Source: a virus
Lineage: Duplodnaviria; Caudoviricetes
IMG/VR virus record: IMGVR_UViG_3300025769_000008
Location: 1 to 57,718 of that record
Length of the DNA: 57,718 nt
Reading direction: 5' to 3' (one strand)
A program made the translations under genes and the position numbers. Shown here piece after piece: positions 41,304 to 50,917 of the stretch (the stretch's first letter is position 1; each line of letters starts with the position of its first letter). A model generated the notes under the pieces. The model searched no databases. It was not told the DNA's origin and saw nothing but the letters and a program-made list of their open reading frames with translations.

Positions 41304-43063
41304 TGAAAAAAATATTATTAGTTTTAGTTATAGTTTTATTTATTCCATTTATTACGCAAGTAAATATATTACAAATAATAAAACTTAAAACATTTGATGC
41401 TTTTGTAACTAAACAAAAACCTTCAGAATATTTTACTATTTTAAATATAACAGAAGAAGATATAGCTAATGAAGGTGGTTATCCCTTATCTAGACAAACA
41501 CTAGCACAAATACAAATAAATCTTTTACGTCAGGGTGCTATAGGAGTTGGATGGGTTATAGCTTTTCCACAACCTGATAGATTTGGTGGTGATTTTGAAT
41601 TTGCTAATGCTTTATCTTTTTCTCCTAGTGTATTAGCTATGTTTGAAGGCAAAGGAGATTATCCTCCTACAATAGGCACAGTTATATTGGGTGACGACAT
41701 TGGAGGTTTAAAAGCTGAAGGGGTAATACAAAACATAGAATTATTACAACAAAATGCAAATCAAGGTTTAGCTGTTGCAAGAACTGATATAGATAATTTA
41801 GTAAGAAGATTGCCTTTACTTATGAGAAGCAATGATGGATGGGTAGCTTCTTATGGAACAGAAGTTTTAAAAGTATTAGCTGGTGCGGATACTTATGTTA
41901 TTAAAACTAATGTTAATGGCATTGAAGAAATAAGAGTTAAAGGCTTACCGCCAGTTAAAGTAGATAGTTTTGGTAGAAAGTGGATTAGCTGGGTTAATAC
42001 ACCACAAACAAATTTACAAGAAATGAACGTGGAAGGTAAGTTTGTTTTTGTAGGTTTTACAGCAAAAGGCATAATGCCACAAATTGCTACACCAGCAGGT
42101 TTATTAGAACCACACAAAATACAAGCTGCATTAGCTGAATCTATACTTATACAAAATAGTCCACACATACCTGACTATGCACTAGCAGTAGAAGCAGTAT
42201 TATTAATTTCAATGATATTGTTAACTTGGGTGTTAATAAATATTTTTGGAATATCGTTAGGAATACTATTTACCAGTCTATTGTTTTTTTCTACAGCAGG
42301 AAGTGGGTATTATTTAATACAACAAGGTTTATTAATAGACGTAACATGGTCGCTTATATCTCAGTTTATTACAGCAGCAACAGCTTTTTATTTAAGATTT
42401 AGAGAACAATACAAATTAAGACAACAAATAAAACAACAGTTTGGAAAATACTTAGACCCAAGGATGGTTAAGAAATTACAAGATAATCCTGAACTTTGTC
42501 AGGTTAATGGTAAAAGAGTTGATTGTTCTATTATTTTTACAGACCTTAGAGGATTTACTAGCTTATCGGAATCAGTTGAACCTGAAGTAGTAACCTACAT
42601 TATGAATTCTGTATTAGATGCACAAGTACAAGCAGCTAATAAATATTTTGGATGCACAGATAAATTTATTGGAGATGCTGGTATGTTTCATTGGAATACT
42701 ATTATTCCACAAGAAGATCATTACAATCTTGCTTTACAAGCAGCAAAAGAAATAGAAAAAAATATTGACCAGTTAAATATTAAATTTGCAGAAGAAGATA
42801 TACCTGAAGTTGCTATTGGTATAGGTGTAAATTCTGGAGTTTGTATAGCTGGTAACTTTGGAGCAACAGATAGATTTGCATTTAGCCTTATAGGAGACCC
42901 TTGTAATGTAGCAGCTAGACTAGAATCAAGTACAAAGGTTGCAGGAGTAGGAGTTTTGATAGGTGAAGAAACTGCCAAATATAGCGATTTTAAGCTACAA
43001 TTATTAGAACCTATAGAAGTAAAAGGTAAAGCTAAACCATTACAGGTTTATACATGGGCATAA
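41303..43063 (+). CDS. CHASE2-domain membrane adenylyl cyclase (class III)
   Basis: CHASE2 motifs (GGYPLSR, FPQPDR, D.DNLVRRLPL), three TM helices, and cyclase motifs FTDLRGFT, DKFIGD, IGIGVNSG and SLIGDPCNVAARLE. Confidence 0.92.
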   Translation: MKKILLVLVIVLFIPFITQVNILQIIKLKTFDAFVTKQKPSEYFTILNITEEDIANEGGYPLSRQTLAQIQINLLRQGAIGVGWVIAFPQPDRFGGDFEFANALSFSPSVLAMFEGKGDYPPTIGTVILGDDIGGLKAEGVIQNIELLQQNANQGLAVARTDIDNLVRRLPLLMRSNDGWVASYGTEVLKVLAGADTYVIKTNVNGIEEIRVKGLPPVKVDSFGRKWISWVNTPQTNLQEMNVEGKFVFVGFTAKGIMPQIATPAGLLEPHKIQAALAESILIQNSPHIPDYALAVEAVLLISMILLTWVLINIFGISLGILFTSLLFFSTAGSGYYLIQQGLLIDVTWSLISQFITAATAFYLRFREQYKLRQQIKQQFGKYLDPRMVKKLQDNPELCQVNGKRVDCSIIFTDLRGFTSLSESVEPEVVTYIMNSVLDAQVQAANKYFGCTDKFIGDAGMFHWNTIIPQEDHYNLALQAAKEIEKNIDQLNIKFAEEDIPEVAIGIGVNSGVCIAGNFGATDRFAFSLIGDPCNVAARLESSTKVAGVGVLIGEETAKYSDFKLQLLEPIEVKGKAKPLQVYTWA

Positions 43064-43066
43064 AAT

Positions 43067-43462
43067 ATGAGTAAAGTTTTAATAGGTATAATTGCAGTAT
43101 TATTAATAATTGGTTATTTTCTTTGGAATGAAAATGCAAGATTATCTGCATTAAATCAAGCTTTTGAATTACGGGATCAAGAACAACAAGCTGCTATAGA
43201 GTCTTTGCAAAATGATTTCAAATTGCAAACAGAAGGTTTATTAGAGATACAAAGTAAAAATCAAGCTATAGAAGCTGAAATGTCTAGATACTTAGATGTA
43301 TTTAAAAGACATGATTTAACTAAACTAGCAGCAGCTAAACCATCTTTACTAGAGCCTAGGGTTAATAAAGGAACTAAAAATGTATTTGATAGTATTGAAG
43401 AAGACAGTCGCAGCATTGATGATCTTGATGATGGTCTCCAGTTGCAGTCTGTTTCCAAGTAA
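43067..43462 (+). CDS. Putative inner-membrane spanin (Rz-like)
   Basis: N-terminal TM anchor plus coiled coil; overlaps the downstream lipoprotein gene. Confidence 0.6.
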   Translation: MSKVLIGIIAVLLIIGYFLWNENARLSALNQAFELRDQEQQAAIESLQNDFKLQTEGLLEIQSKNQAIEAEMSRYLDVFKRHDLTKLAAAKPSLLEPRVNKGTKNVFDSIEEDSRSIDDLDDGLQLQSVSK

Positions 43463-43760
43463 ACAAAACGTACAAATAACTACTAAAGCTTTAGAAAGGC
43501 AAATAGCACAGCCTGTTATGCCTAGAGAAATAGATTTAAAAGAACCATATTGGTATGTAGTTTCAGATAAAAACATAGATGAGTTTTTGGCTAGAGTTGA
43601 AAAAGAACATGGGCAAATAGTTTTCTTTGCTATGTCTGTACCTGATTATGAACTCATGTCTTACAATATGCAGGAATTAAAGAGATATATAAATGAACTT
43701 AAACAGGTTGTGGTCTATTATAGAAAAGTTACTACAAATAAACCTGAAACAGGGGAGTAA
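43380..43760 (+). CDS. Putative outer-membrane spanin lipoprotein (Rz1-like)
   Basis: Lipobox VSSC; overlaps the Rz-like gene and sits next to the endolysin. Confidence 0.6.
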   Translation: MYLIVLKKTVAALMILMMVSSCSLFPSKQNVQITTKALERQIAQPVMPREIDLKEPYWYVVSDKNIDEFLARVEKEHGQIVFFAMSVPDYELMSYNMQELKRYINELKQVVVYYRKVTTNKPETGE

Positions 43761-43761
43761 T

Positions 43762-44205
43762 ATGAACATATCACAAGAGGGGATAGCTTTAATTAAAAAG
43801 TTTGAAGGTTGTGAATTAGAAGCTTATCAAGATTCTGTAGGTGTTTGGACTATAGGATACGGACATACTAAAGAAGTAAAAGAAGGTGACAAAATAAATC
43901 AAGATGAAGCCGAACATTTATTACAAGAAGAGATGCCTGAATACGAAGGCTATATAAATGACATGGTTACAGTACCTTTAAAACAATGTCAGTTTGATGC
44001 TTTAGTTTGTTGGGTCTATAACCTAGGACCAACTAATCTTGGCAATTCAACATTATTGAAATTACTTAATGCAGGTGATTATCATACAACACCATCACAA
44101 ATTAAAAGATGGAATAAAGCTGGAGGAAAAACATTGCAAGGATTAATTAGACGAAGAGAAGCAGAAGCACTTCTTTTTGAAGGTAAAGAATGGATTGAGG
44201 TCTAA
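43762..44205 (+). CDS. Endolysin, GH24 lysozyme
   Basis: IKKFEGC, DSVGVWTIGYGHT and GLIRRREAE motifs. Confidence 0.93.
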   Translation: MNISQEGIALIKKFEGCELEAYQDSVGVWTIGYGHTKEVKEGDKINQDEAEHLLQEEMPEYEGYINDMVTVPLKQCQFDALVCWVYNLGPTNLGNSTLLKLLNAGDYHTTPSQIKRWNKAGGKTLQGLIRRREAEALLFEGKEWIEV

Positions 44206-44206
44206 T

Positions 44207-46075
44207 ATGCCTTTAGCTAAATATGTTTTTAAACCAGGTATTAATAAAGAAGGAACAAACTACTCTAATGAGGGTGGTTGGTTTGATGCTGATAAAGTAA
44301 GATTTAGAAAAGGTAAACCTGAAAGAATAGGTGGCTGGTCTAAATTTACTACAGATTCTTTTATAGGAACTTGTAGAAAATTATATCCCTATAAAGCAAC
44401 AAGCGGAGATAGTTTTGTAATATTAGGCACTCATCAAAAATTATATAATCTTAGTGGTGATGTTTACTATGATATAACCCCTATTAGAGCTACAACTACA
44501 AATGGTATTACATTTTCTGCAAGCAATGGCTCTTCTACAATAACTGTAACAGATTCAAGTCATGGAGCAGTTACAGGAGATTTTGTTACTATTTCTGAAG
44601 CAGTTTCTTTAGGTGGATTAATTACAGCAGATGTATTAAATCAAGAGTATCAAATAGAAAAAGTTACAGGAGATAATACATACGAAATAATAGCTAAAGA
44701 TACTTCAGGAACAACAGTAACAGCAAATGCTAGTGATTCTGGTAATGGTGGTTCTGGAGTAGATGGTGCATATCAAATTAATTCAGGATTAGATGTTTAT
44801 GTAAGAAGCACAGGTTGGGGTGTAAATACTTGGGGAGCTGGAACATGGGGTTCTGCTAGTGATTTAACATTAACTAATCAACTTAGATTATGGTCAATAG
44901 ATAATTTCGGTGATGATACTATTGCTGCACCTAGAGCTGGAGCTTTATATTTTTGGGATAAATCAGATGGTCTTACTACAAGAGCAGTAGCTGTATCTTC
45001 AGAATCAGGTGCTAGTGATGTTCCAACAGCTTGCTTGCAAGTTATGACATCAGATGTAGATAAGCACGTTATAGCATTTGGAGCTAATCCTATAGGTAGT
45101 TCAACTATAGACCCATTATTAGTTAGATTTTCTGACAGAGAAAGTGCAGTTGATTGGACACCTACTGCAACAAATCAAGCTGGTGGTGTGCAATTATCTC
45201 AAGGTTCTACAATTGTAGGAGCTTTGCGTACTAGACAAGAAATACTTATATGGACAGATGCAGGTATTGTATCTATGCGTTTTGTTGGTGAACCTTTTGT
45301 TTTTAGTTTTACAGAAGTTGCCGAGGGTGTAAGTTTAATATCACCAAATGCTGCAACTAATGCAAATGGTAGAGTATATTTTATGGATCGTGATGGTTTT
45401 CATGTTTACTCAGGAACATCACAAAGGTTGCCATGTACTGTATTAGATTATGTATTATCTGATTTAAACCAAGATCAAGCTTATAAAGTATTTGCAGCTT
45501 CAAATTCAAGCGTTAATGAAGTTATGTGGTTCTATCCTTCAGGAACAAATACAGAAATTGATAAGTATGTATTATTTAATTATTTAGAAAATACATGGTC
45601 TATAGGAACAACATCAGATAATTTTGTAAGAACTGCATGGAATGAAGCTTCTATATATGAAAATCCAGTAGCAGCAAGTAAAAATAGCAGTACATCTAAT
45701 TTGAATTATGTATATAGCCATGAAATAGGACATGGAGATGACACAGATGCTTTTACAGCTTTTATAGAATCAAGTGATTTTGATCTAGCACCAGATGGAG
45801 AAAGATATACATTCATATCAAAATTAATACCTGACATAGAATTTAGAGATCAACAATCAACAAGTGATAGTGTTACTTTTACTATTAAAGGCAGAGACTT
45901 TCCTTTACAAGATTTATCTACTTTACAAACTATAGATGTAACACCAACTTCTACATTTGCAAATACGAGAGCAAGAAGCAGACAAGCAGCTTTGCGTATA
46001 TCAAATTCGTCTAGTGATTACGGCTGGAGATTGGGTGATTTAAGATTAGAAATTAGACCTGATGGTAAAAGATAA
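44207..46075 (+). CDS. Tail nozzle / DNA-stabilisation protein (beta-propeller, tubular protein B-like)
   Basis: FKPGINKE...WFDADKVRF N-terminus, DPLLVRFSD and C-terminal WRLG..R..IRPDGKR; size and position fit. Confidence 0.7.
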   Translation: MPLAKYVFKPGINKEGTNYSNEGGWFDADKVRFRKGKPERIGGWSKFTTDSFIGTCRKLYPYKATSGDSFVILGTHQKLYNLSGDVYYDITPIRATTTNGITFSASNGSSTITVTDSSHGAVTGDFVTISEAVSLGGLITADVLNQEYQIEKVTGDNTYEIIAKDTSGTTVTANASDSGNGGSGVDGAYQINSGLDVYVRSTGWGVNTWGAGTWGSASDLTLTNQLRLWSIDNFGDDTIAAPRAGALYFWDKSDGLTTRAVAVSSESGASDVPTACLQVMTSDVDKHVIAFGANPIGSSTIDPLLVRFSDRESAVDWTPTATNQAGGVQLSQGSTIVGALRTRQEILIWTDAGIVSMRFVGEPFVFSFTEVAEGVSLISPNAATNANGRVYFMDRDGFHVYSGTSQRLPCTVLDYVLSDLNQDQAYKVFAASNSSVNEVMWFYPSGTNTEIDKYVLFNYLENTWSIGTTSDNFVRTAWNEASIYENPVAASKNSSTSNLNYVYSHEIGHGDDTDAFTAFIESSDFDLAPDGERYTFISKLIPDIEFRDQQSTSDSVTFTIKGRDFPLQDLSTLQTIDVTPTSTFANTRARSRQAALRISNSSSDYGWRLGDLRLEIRPDGKR

Positions 46076-46278
46076 TGGCTGATATCAAAACGATAGCATT
46101 ACCATTAGCAAGCATAGAATATGATTCTAATGATGAAGCTTTAACTAGAAGAACTATAGAACAGGCTATAGAAGATATAAATGTAAAAATAACTAACATA
46201 CAAAGAATGCAGTCTACAGTTACAAGTAAAGCTTCTAAGAGACATCAATTTTTATTAATGGGATTAAAACATGGCTGA
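46075..46278 (+). CDS. Hypothetical protein
   Basis: Coupled ORF. Confidence 0.65.
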   Translation: MADIKTIALPLASIEYDSNDEALTRRTIEQAIEDINVKITNIQRMQSTVTSKASKRHQFLLMGLKHG

Positions 46279-46609
46279 TGATTTAAAAGTATTAGGTCAG
46301 TTAGACCCAGCAGCTACTACTACAACAGTTTTATATACTGTGCCAGATATGACACAGACCACAATTAGTTCAATTGTGGCAGCTAATAGAACAGGATCAG
46401 CTATAACATTTAGATTAAGTGTTCATGTTGCTGGTGCAGGTGCAGATGACAAACAATTTTTATACTATGACAAATCAGTTGCAGCTAATGATTCGTTAGC
46501 TATAGTTATAGGTATAACCCTTAATCAAACAGATGTGTTGAAGGTTTATACAAGTGCAGTTGATATGAGTTTTAATGTGTTTGGTTGCGAAACTAAAGAG
46601 GAAAGATAA
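46271..46609 (+). CDS. Putative virion protein
   Basis: TTVLYTVP motif in a predicted beta-rich small protein. Confidence 0.7.
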   Translation: MADDLKVLGQLDPAATTTTVLYTVPDMTQTTISSIVAANRTGSAITFRLSVHVAGAGADDKQFLYYDKSVAANDSLAIVIGITLNQTDVLKVYTSAVDMSFNVFGCETKEER

Positions 46610-49020
46610 TGGATATTAAACAACAAACTAAAAATGTAGCAGCTCAAGGTCGTTATGGCGACTCTATGCTTTTGCACGTTAATCCAGCAGAGGTAAAAGG
46701 ATTAGCGTCAGCTATGCCTATAACAGTAAATCCGCAAACTGGACAGCCAGAAGCCTTTTTACCTTTTCTTGCTCCTTTAGCAGGAAGTTTATTAGGAAGT
46801 AGTTTATTAGCTGGTGTAGGTGGCATGAGTGCTTTGACAGCAGGAGCTTTAGGTTCAGGTCTTGCACAATATGCAGCTACAGGCGATTTAAAAAAAGGAT
46901 TGCTAGCTGGTCTAACAGGATATGGTTTAGGAACAGCTATGCAAGGAGCAGGTGCAGCTAAAGCTGGAGCAGATGCAACAGCAGCAACCACACAAGCAGC
47001 AACAGAAGCAGCAACACAAACAGCTTTAACTAATCCTGCTAATTTAAATATAACAGACCCAACTTTACTTAATATTGCTTCAACTGATCCTACGTTAGCT
47101 TCTCAATTAGGAGCAGAAGCTTTAAATCCAGCAGGACAATTAGCAGTAGGAAAACAACTAGCAATGGCTCAACCAGCAATAGCACAAGCTGGTAGAACAG
47201 CAGCAGAAGCTTATACAGGTACTGGTGTAGATGCTTTAAAAGATGTGTTTACAGGTAATACTATTGGTGAAGGTTTTGGAAACCTAGCAACAGGATTAGC
47301 TGATCCTATGTCATACATACCAGCAGGTATAGGTATGGGCGGTACTGGCATAATGGAATCACAAGAAGCCTTTGCAAGAATGGTAGGAGAAAGCGAGGAA
47401 GCATACAGGAGAAGAAGAGAACAAAATCTTTTGGATAATCCAGAACCTATTCTTTATTCAGCAGAAGGCGGAAGAACAGGATATTTTATGGGTGGCGAGA
47501 TGAGAGCTGCTATTGATAGTGTAGGTGGTCGAGATATAACAGGTGGTAATTTGCCACAGATATTTGCACCTGCCAAACAAGCATATGATGTAAACCCTGA
47601 TTTTATGGCAGGATTCGCACCTGAAACTATGTATTTTAATCCAGCTACAATATCAGCCCCTGCGTCTGGTTTACAAGCAGGAGCACCTCCTATAGGGATA
47701 GATACATATGAAGGCTCTAAAGGCGGTTATGGAGGCAGACAAGCATCTATAGCACCTCAAGTATCTATAGACCCATACTCAGCTTATACAGGTTCTGCAC
47801 CTAAAGGTTTAGAATTTACTGAAGCACCCATGCCTGAACCAATACAACCTATGCCTGTCTTACCTATAACTCCACCTGATTTTGGAATAGGTGTACCTGA
47901 TATAGGAGGTATAGTTGGTATTCCTAATATAGGCAATATAGACATTCAATCAATAATAGATGGATTAGGAGATTATAATAGACCAGAAAGATTTATGCCC
48001 ATGACAGGAGAAGATTTAGGAATTACACAACCTTTTACTCTTGGTGAACAACTTCCAAAAGGTGTTGATAATAATATAGATATTTCAAATTATTTATCTA
48101 ATAAAGAAGATACTTTAGGAACTGCAAAAGATATTTTTGGACCACAAGTAGAATTTGCAACAAGTCCTGTTGAAGGCTCTAATTATATGATGACTGCTGC
48201 TGCATTAGAAGGTATGGGAATTGCTCCACAACCAGTTAGTGGTGGTGGATTAGGTGGTCTTTTTGGTGGTTTAACTCCACAAGAACCAATTGTTAGTGAA
48301 ATGAATACGCAAGTTGCACCTGCATTAGATGTAACTTCTGTACCTGCTTTAGATGTTTTAGACCCAGTTGTAGCTAAACAAGTAGTTGATATTCCAACTT
48401 ATAATTATAACGATCCAGCTAGATTAGCCAGAATAGATGATTATTTTGCAAGTGATAGATTTGCATCTGCATCAGGTGGTTCTACTAATTTTCAAGAAGG
48501 AGGAGCTCTAAAGCCTATTCCAGAAGATAATAAAGGTTTACCTAATTTACCTAAAGATGTAAGAAATGAAATGGGTTATATGCAAGAAGGTGGTATGACT
48601 GATATGCAAAGTGATCCACTTACTCAAGAAGTTACTATGTTTATTTTAGGTGAAACAGATAATGAACAAGCACTCAATGACTTTATAACAAAATATGGAA
48701 GTGATGCTTTTATGCAACTTAGAGAGGCAGTATTGCAGTCTATAGTTCCTAATGCCCAAACAGAAGGTTTAATTAGAGGTGATGGAGAAGGTGGAATGGA
48801 TGATGACCTTAGGGGCATGATAGGCGGTAAGGAACGTATTGCAGTATCTCAAGATGAATTTATTGTTCCTGCTGATGTAGTATCAATGTTAGGAGATGGC
48901 AGTTCAGATGCTGGTTCTAAAGAACTTTATGACATGATGGATAGAGTTCGTAAAGAAAAAACTGGTACTACAAAACAAGCACCTAAATTAGCTAATGCTG
49001 GAGGACTATTACCTGCATGA
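46609..49020 (+). CDS. Putative internal virion/ejection protein
   Basis: GRYGDSMLLHVN, TVNPQTGQPEAF, Gly/Ala-rich hydrophobic segment and C-terminal EFIVPADVVS.LGDGSS.AG. Confidence 0.7.
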   Translation: MDIKQQTKNVAAQGRYGDSMLLHVNPAEVKGLASAMPITVNPQTGQPEAFLPFLAPLAGSLLGSSLLAGVGGMSALTAGALGSGLAQYAATGDLKKGLLAGLTGYGLGTAMQGAGAAKAGADATAATTQAATEAATQTALTNPANLNITDPTLLNIASTDPTLASQLGAEALNPAGQLAVGKQLAMAQPAIAQAGRTAAEAYTGTGVDALKDVFTGNTIGEGFGNLATGLADPMSYIPAGIGMGGTGIMESQEAFARMVGESEEAYRRRREQNLLDNPEPILYSAEGGRTGYFMGGEMRAAIDSVGGRDITGGNLPQIFAPAKQAYDVNPDFMAGFAPETMYFNPATISAPASGLQAGAPPIGIDTYEGSKGGYGGRQASIAPQVSIDPYSAYTGSAPKGLEFTEAPMPEPIQPMPVLPITPPDFGIGVPDIGGIVGIPNIGNIDIQSIIDGLGDYNRPERFMPMTGEDLGITQPFTLGEQLPKGVDNNIDISNYLSNKEDTLGTAKDIFGPQVEFATSPVEGSNYMMTAAALEGMGIAPQPVSGGGLGGLFGGLTPQEPIVSEMNTQVAPALDVTSVPALDVLDPVVAKQVVDIPTYNYNDPARLARIDDYFASDRFASASGGSTNFQEGGALKPIPEDNKGLPNLPKDVRNEMGYMQEGGMTDMQSDPLTQEVTMFILGETDNEQALNDFITKYGSDAFMQLREAVLQSIVPNAQTEGLIRGDGEGGMDDDLRGMIGGKERIAVSQDEFIVPADVVSMLGDGSSDAGSKELYDMMDRVRKEKTGTTKQAPKLANAGGLLPA

Positions 49021-49490
49021 ATGAGCCAGCAATAAAACAAGAAGCATCTGGAGTCTACGAATTGTCTTTAGTTCCTGTAGAACAGATATCTTTAGTTTGG
49101 AGTCAAGTAGAAAAGTTTTTAAAAAAATCAGCTAGTCGTTCAGGCGGAAGAACAAGAATAGAAGATATATTTTATGAACTTATAAATAACCAAACACAGC
49201 TTTGGATAATTTTTGATACAGGTGATCTAAAGATAAATGGAGTACAAATTACTTTATTTAATACATATCCAACAGGTAAAAAAATGTTAAACCTAGAACA
49301 TACGTCAGGAAAGAATATGCAAGACTGGGTTGAACAAGGTATTGAAACTATGATTAAGTTTGCTAAAGCTAATGGATGTGAAGGCATAGAAGGTATGGGT
49401 CGTCATGGTCAATGGAATTGGGTTAAAAATAAAAAGGGTTGGAAAAAACCTGCAACATTTTACGAATATATATTTGAGGATGATAAATGA
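49017..49490 (+). CDS. Hypothetical protein, possible GNAT-like fold
   Basis: FAKANGCEGIEGMGR.G.W motif; embedded among the ejection genes. Confidence 0.5.
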   Translation: MNEPAIKQEASGVYELSLVPVEQISLVWSQVEKFLKKSASRSGGRTRIEDIFYELINNQTQLWIIFDTGDLKINGVQITLFNTYPTGKKMLNLEHTSGKNMQDWVEQGIETMIKFAKANGCEGIEGMGRHGQWNWVKNKKGWKKPATFYEYIFEDDK

Positions 49491-50917
49491 GAAAATTTAA
49501 AGGTGGTGGTGGAAGTTCTGCACCAACAGAACAAACTGTATATAGCACAGACTTACCTGAATACGTTGAGCCGTATTTTAAACGACTACTGCAACGTGGT
49601 GAGGCTGAATCATTACAAGGATATACTCCATATGGCGGTCAAAGACTAGCTTACTTTTCACCTGATGAATTAACCAGTCAAGCAATGACTAGGGGTTTTG
49701 CAACTGCTGGTACACCACAACAATTTACAGATGCAGCAGCAAGATATGGACAGACCACACCATTAACTTCTCAATATACAGCAGGAACATTTGATTCAGG
49801 ATATGCAGCAGGAGATGTAGGTCCAACTTATCAAGCAGGTACTATAGGTTCAGATTATAGAGGTAGACAAATAAGATCATCTTATAGACCTGATGCAAGA
49901 CGTTCACAGTATATGGCAGGAATAGTTGGTGATAGCTATACACCCATAGGCTATGAACAAAATCTTCAAAGGTTTATGTCACCTTATCAACAGAATGTTA
50001 TTGATGTAGAAAAAAGAGAAGCAAGAAGACAATCTGACATAATGGGAAAAGGTATTGGTGATGCAGCTACAGCTCAAGGTGGTTTAGGTGGATATAGAGA
50101 AGCTATACAGCAAGCTGAACGTGAACGTAATTTAGGACAACAACTAGGAGATATACAAACTAGAGGTAGTCAAGCAGCATTCCAATCAGCACAACAACAA
50201 TTAGCAGCAGAAAGAGCTGCTGGTTTAGGTGCAGCACAATTTGGTTTACAACAATTCCAAGCTGGTGAATCAGCACAACAAGCACAAGAAAAATTAATGC
50301 AAGCTGCATTCCAAGCTGGTGAGCAAGCCAAGCAACAAGCTGCTTCATTGGGCTTAACAGCAGAACAACAAACTGAAGCATCAAGACAAGCACAAGAAAA
50401 GTTCGCACAATCTGGATTCCAATTAAGTCAACAGGCTTTACAACAACAAGGTGCTCAATCACTACAAGCTTATCAAGCAGGTGAATCTGCTAGACAACAA
50501 GCAGCAAAACTTGGACTGACTGCACAGCAACAAGAAGAAGCTGCAAGACAAGCACAAGAGAAGTTTGGTCAAAGTGCATATGATTTATCTAATCGTTACA
50601 ACTTAGCTGCTGCACAGGGATTAATGGGTGCAGGTGAAACTATTAGCAGAGATGCTCTATCTAGAATAGCAGCATTACAAGGTATAGGTGAACAACAAAG
50701 AGCATTGCAACAAGCTAGTTTTGATGTTGGTTATGAAGATTTCCAAAGACAAAGAGATTTTGCACAAAATCAACTTGGGTTATTTAGTAACTTGTTAAGA
50801 GGTGTACCAGTACAACCACAACAAAGAATAAGTACGTTTCAACAACAACCTGGATTATTTCAAACAGCCGTAGGTGCAGGTTTATCAGGTCTAGGTTTAT
50901 ATAGAGGAATGAGTTAA
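49487..50917 (+). CDS. Putative internal virion/ejection protein (Gln/Ala-rich)
   Basis: KGGGGS N-terminus, PYGGQRLA, FMSPYQQNVID and internal QAGE..Q repeats. Confidence 0.7.
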   Translation: MRKFKGGGGSSAPTEQTVYSTDLPEYVEPYFKRLLQRGEAESLQGYTPYGGQRLAYFSPDELTSQAMTRGFATAGTPQQFTDAAARYGQTTPLTSQYTAGTFDSGYAAGDVGPTYQAGTIGSDYRGRQIRSSYRPDARRSQYMAGIVGDSYTPIGYEQNLQRFMSPYQQNVIDVEKREARRQSDIMGKGIGDAATAQGGLGGYREAIQQAERERNLGQQLGDIQTRGSQAAFQSAQQQLAAERAAGLGAAQFGLQQFQAGESAQQAQEKLMQAAFQAGEQAKQQAASLGLTAEQQTEASRQAQEKFAQSGFQLSQQALQQQGAQSLQAYQAGESARQQAAKLGLTAQQQEEAARQAQEKFGQSAYDLSNRYNLAAAQGLMGAGETISRDALSRIAALQGIGEQQRALQQASFDVGYEDFQRQRDFAQNQLGLFSNLLRGVPVQPQQRISTFQQQPGLFQTAVGAGLSGLGLYRGMS

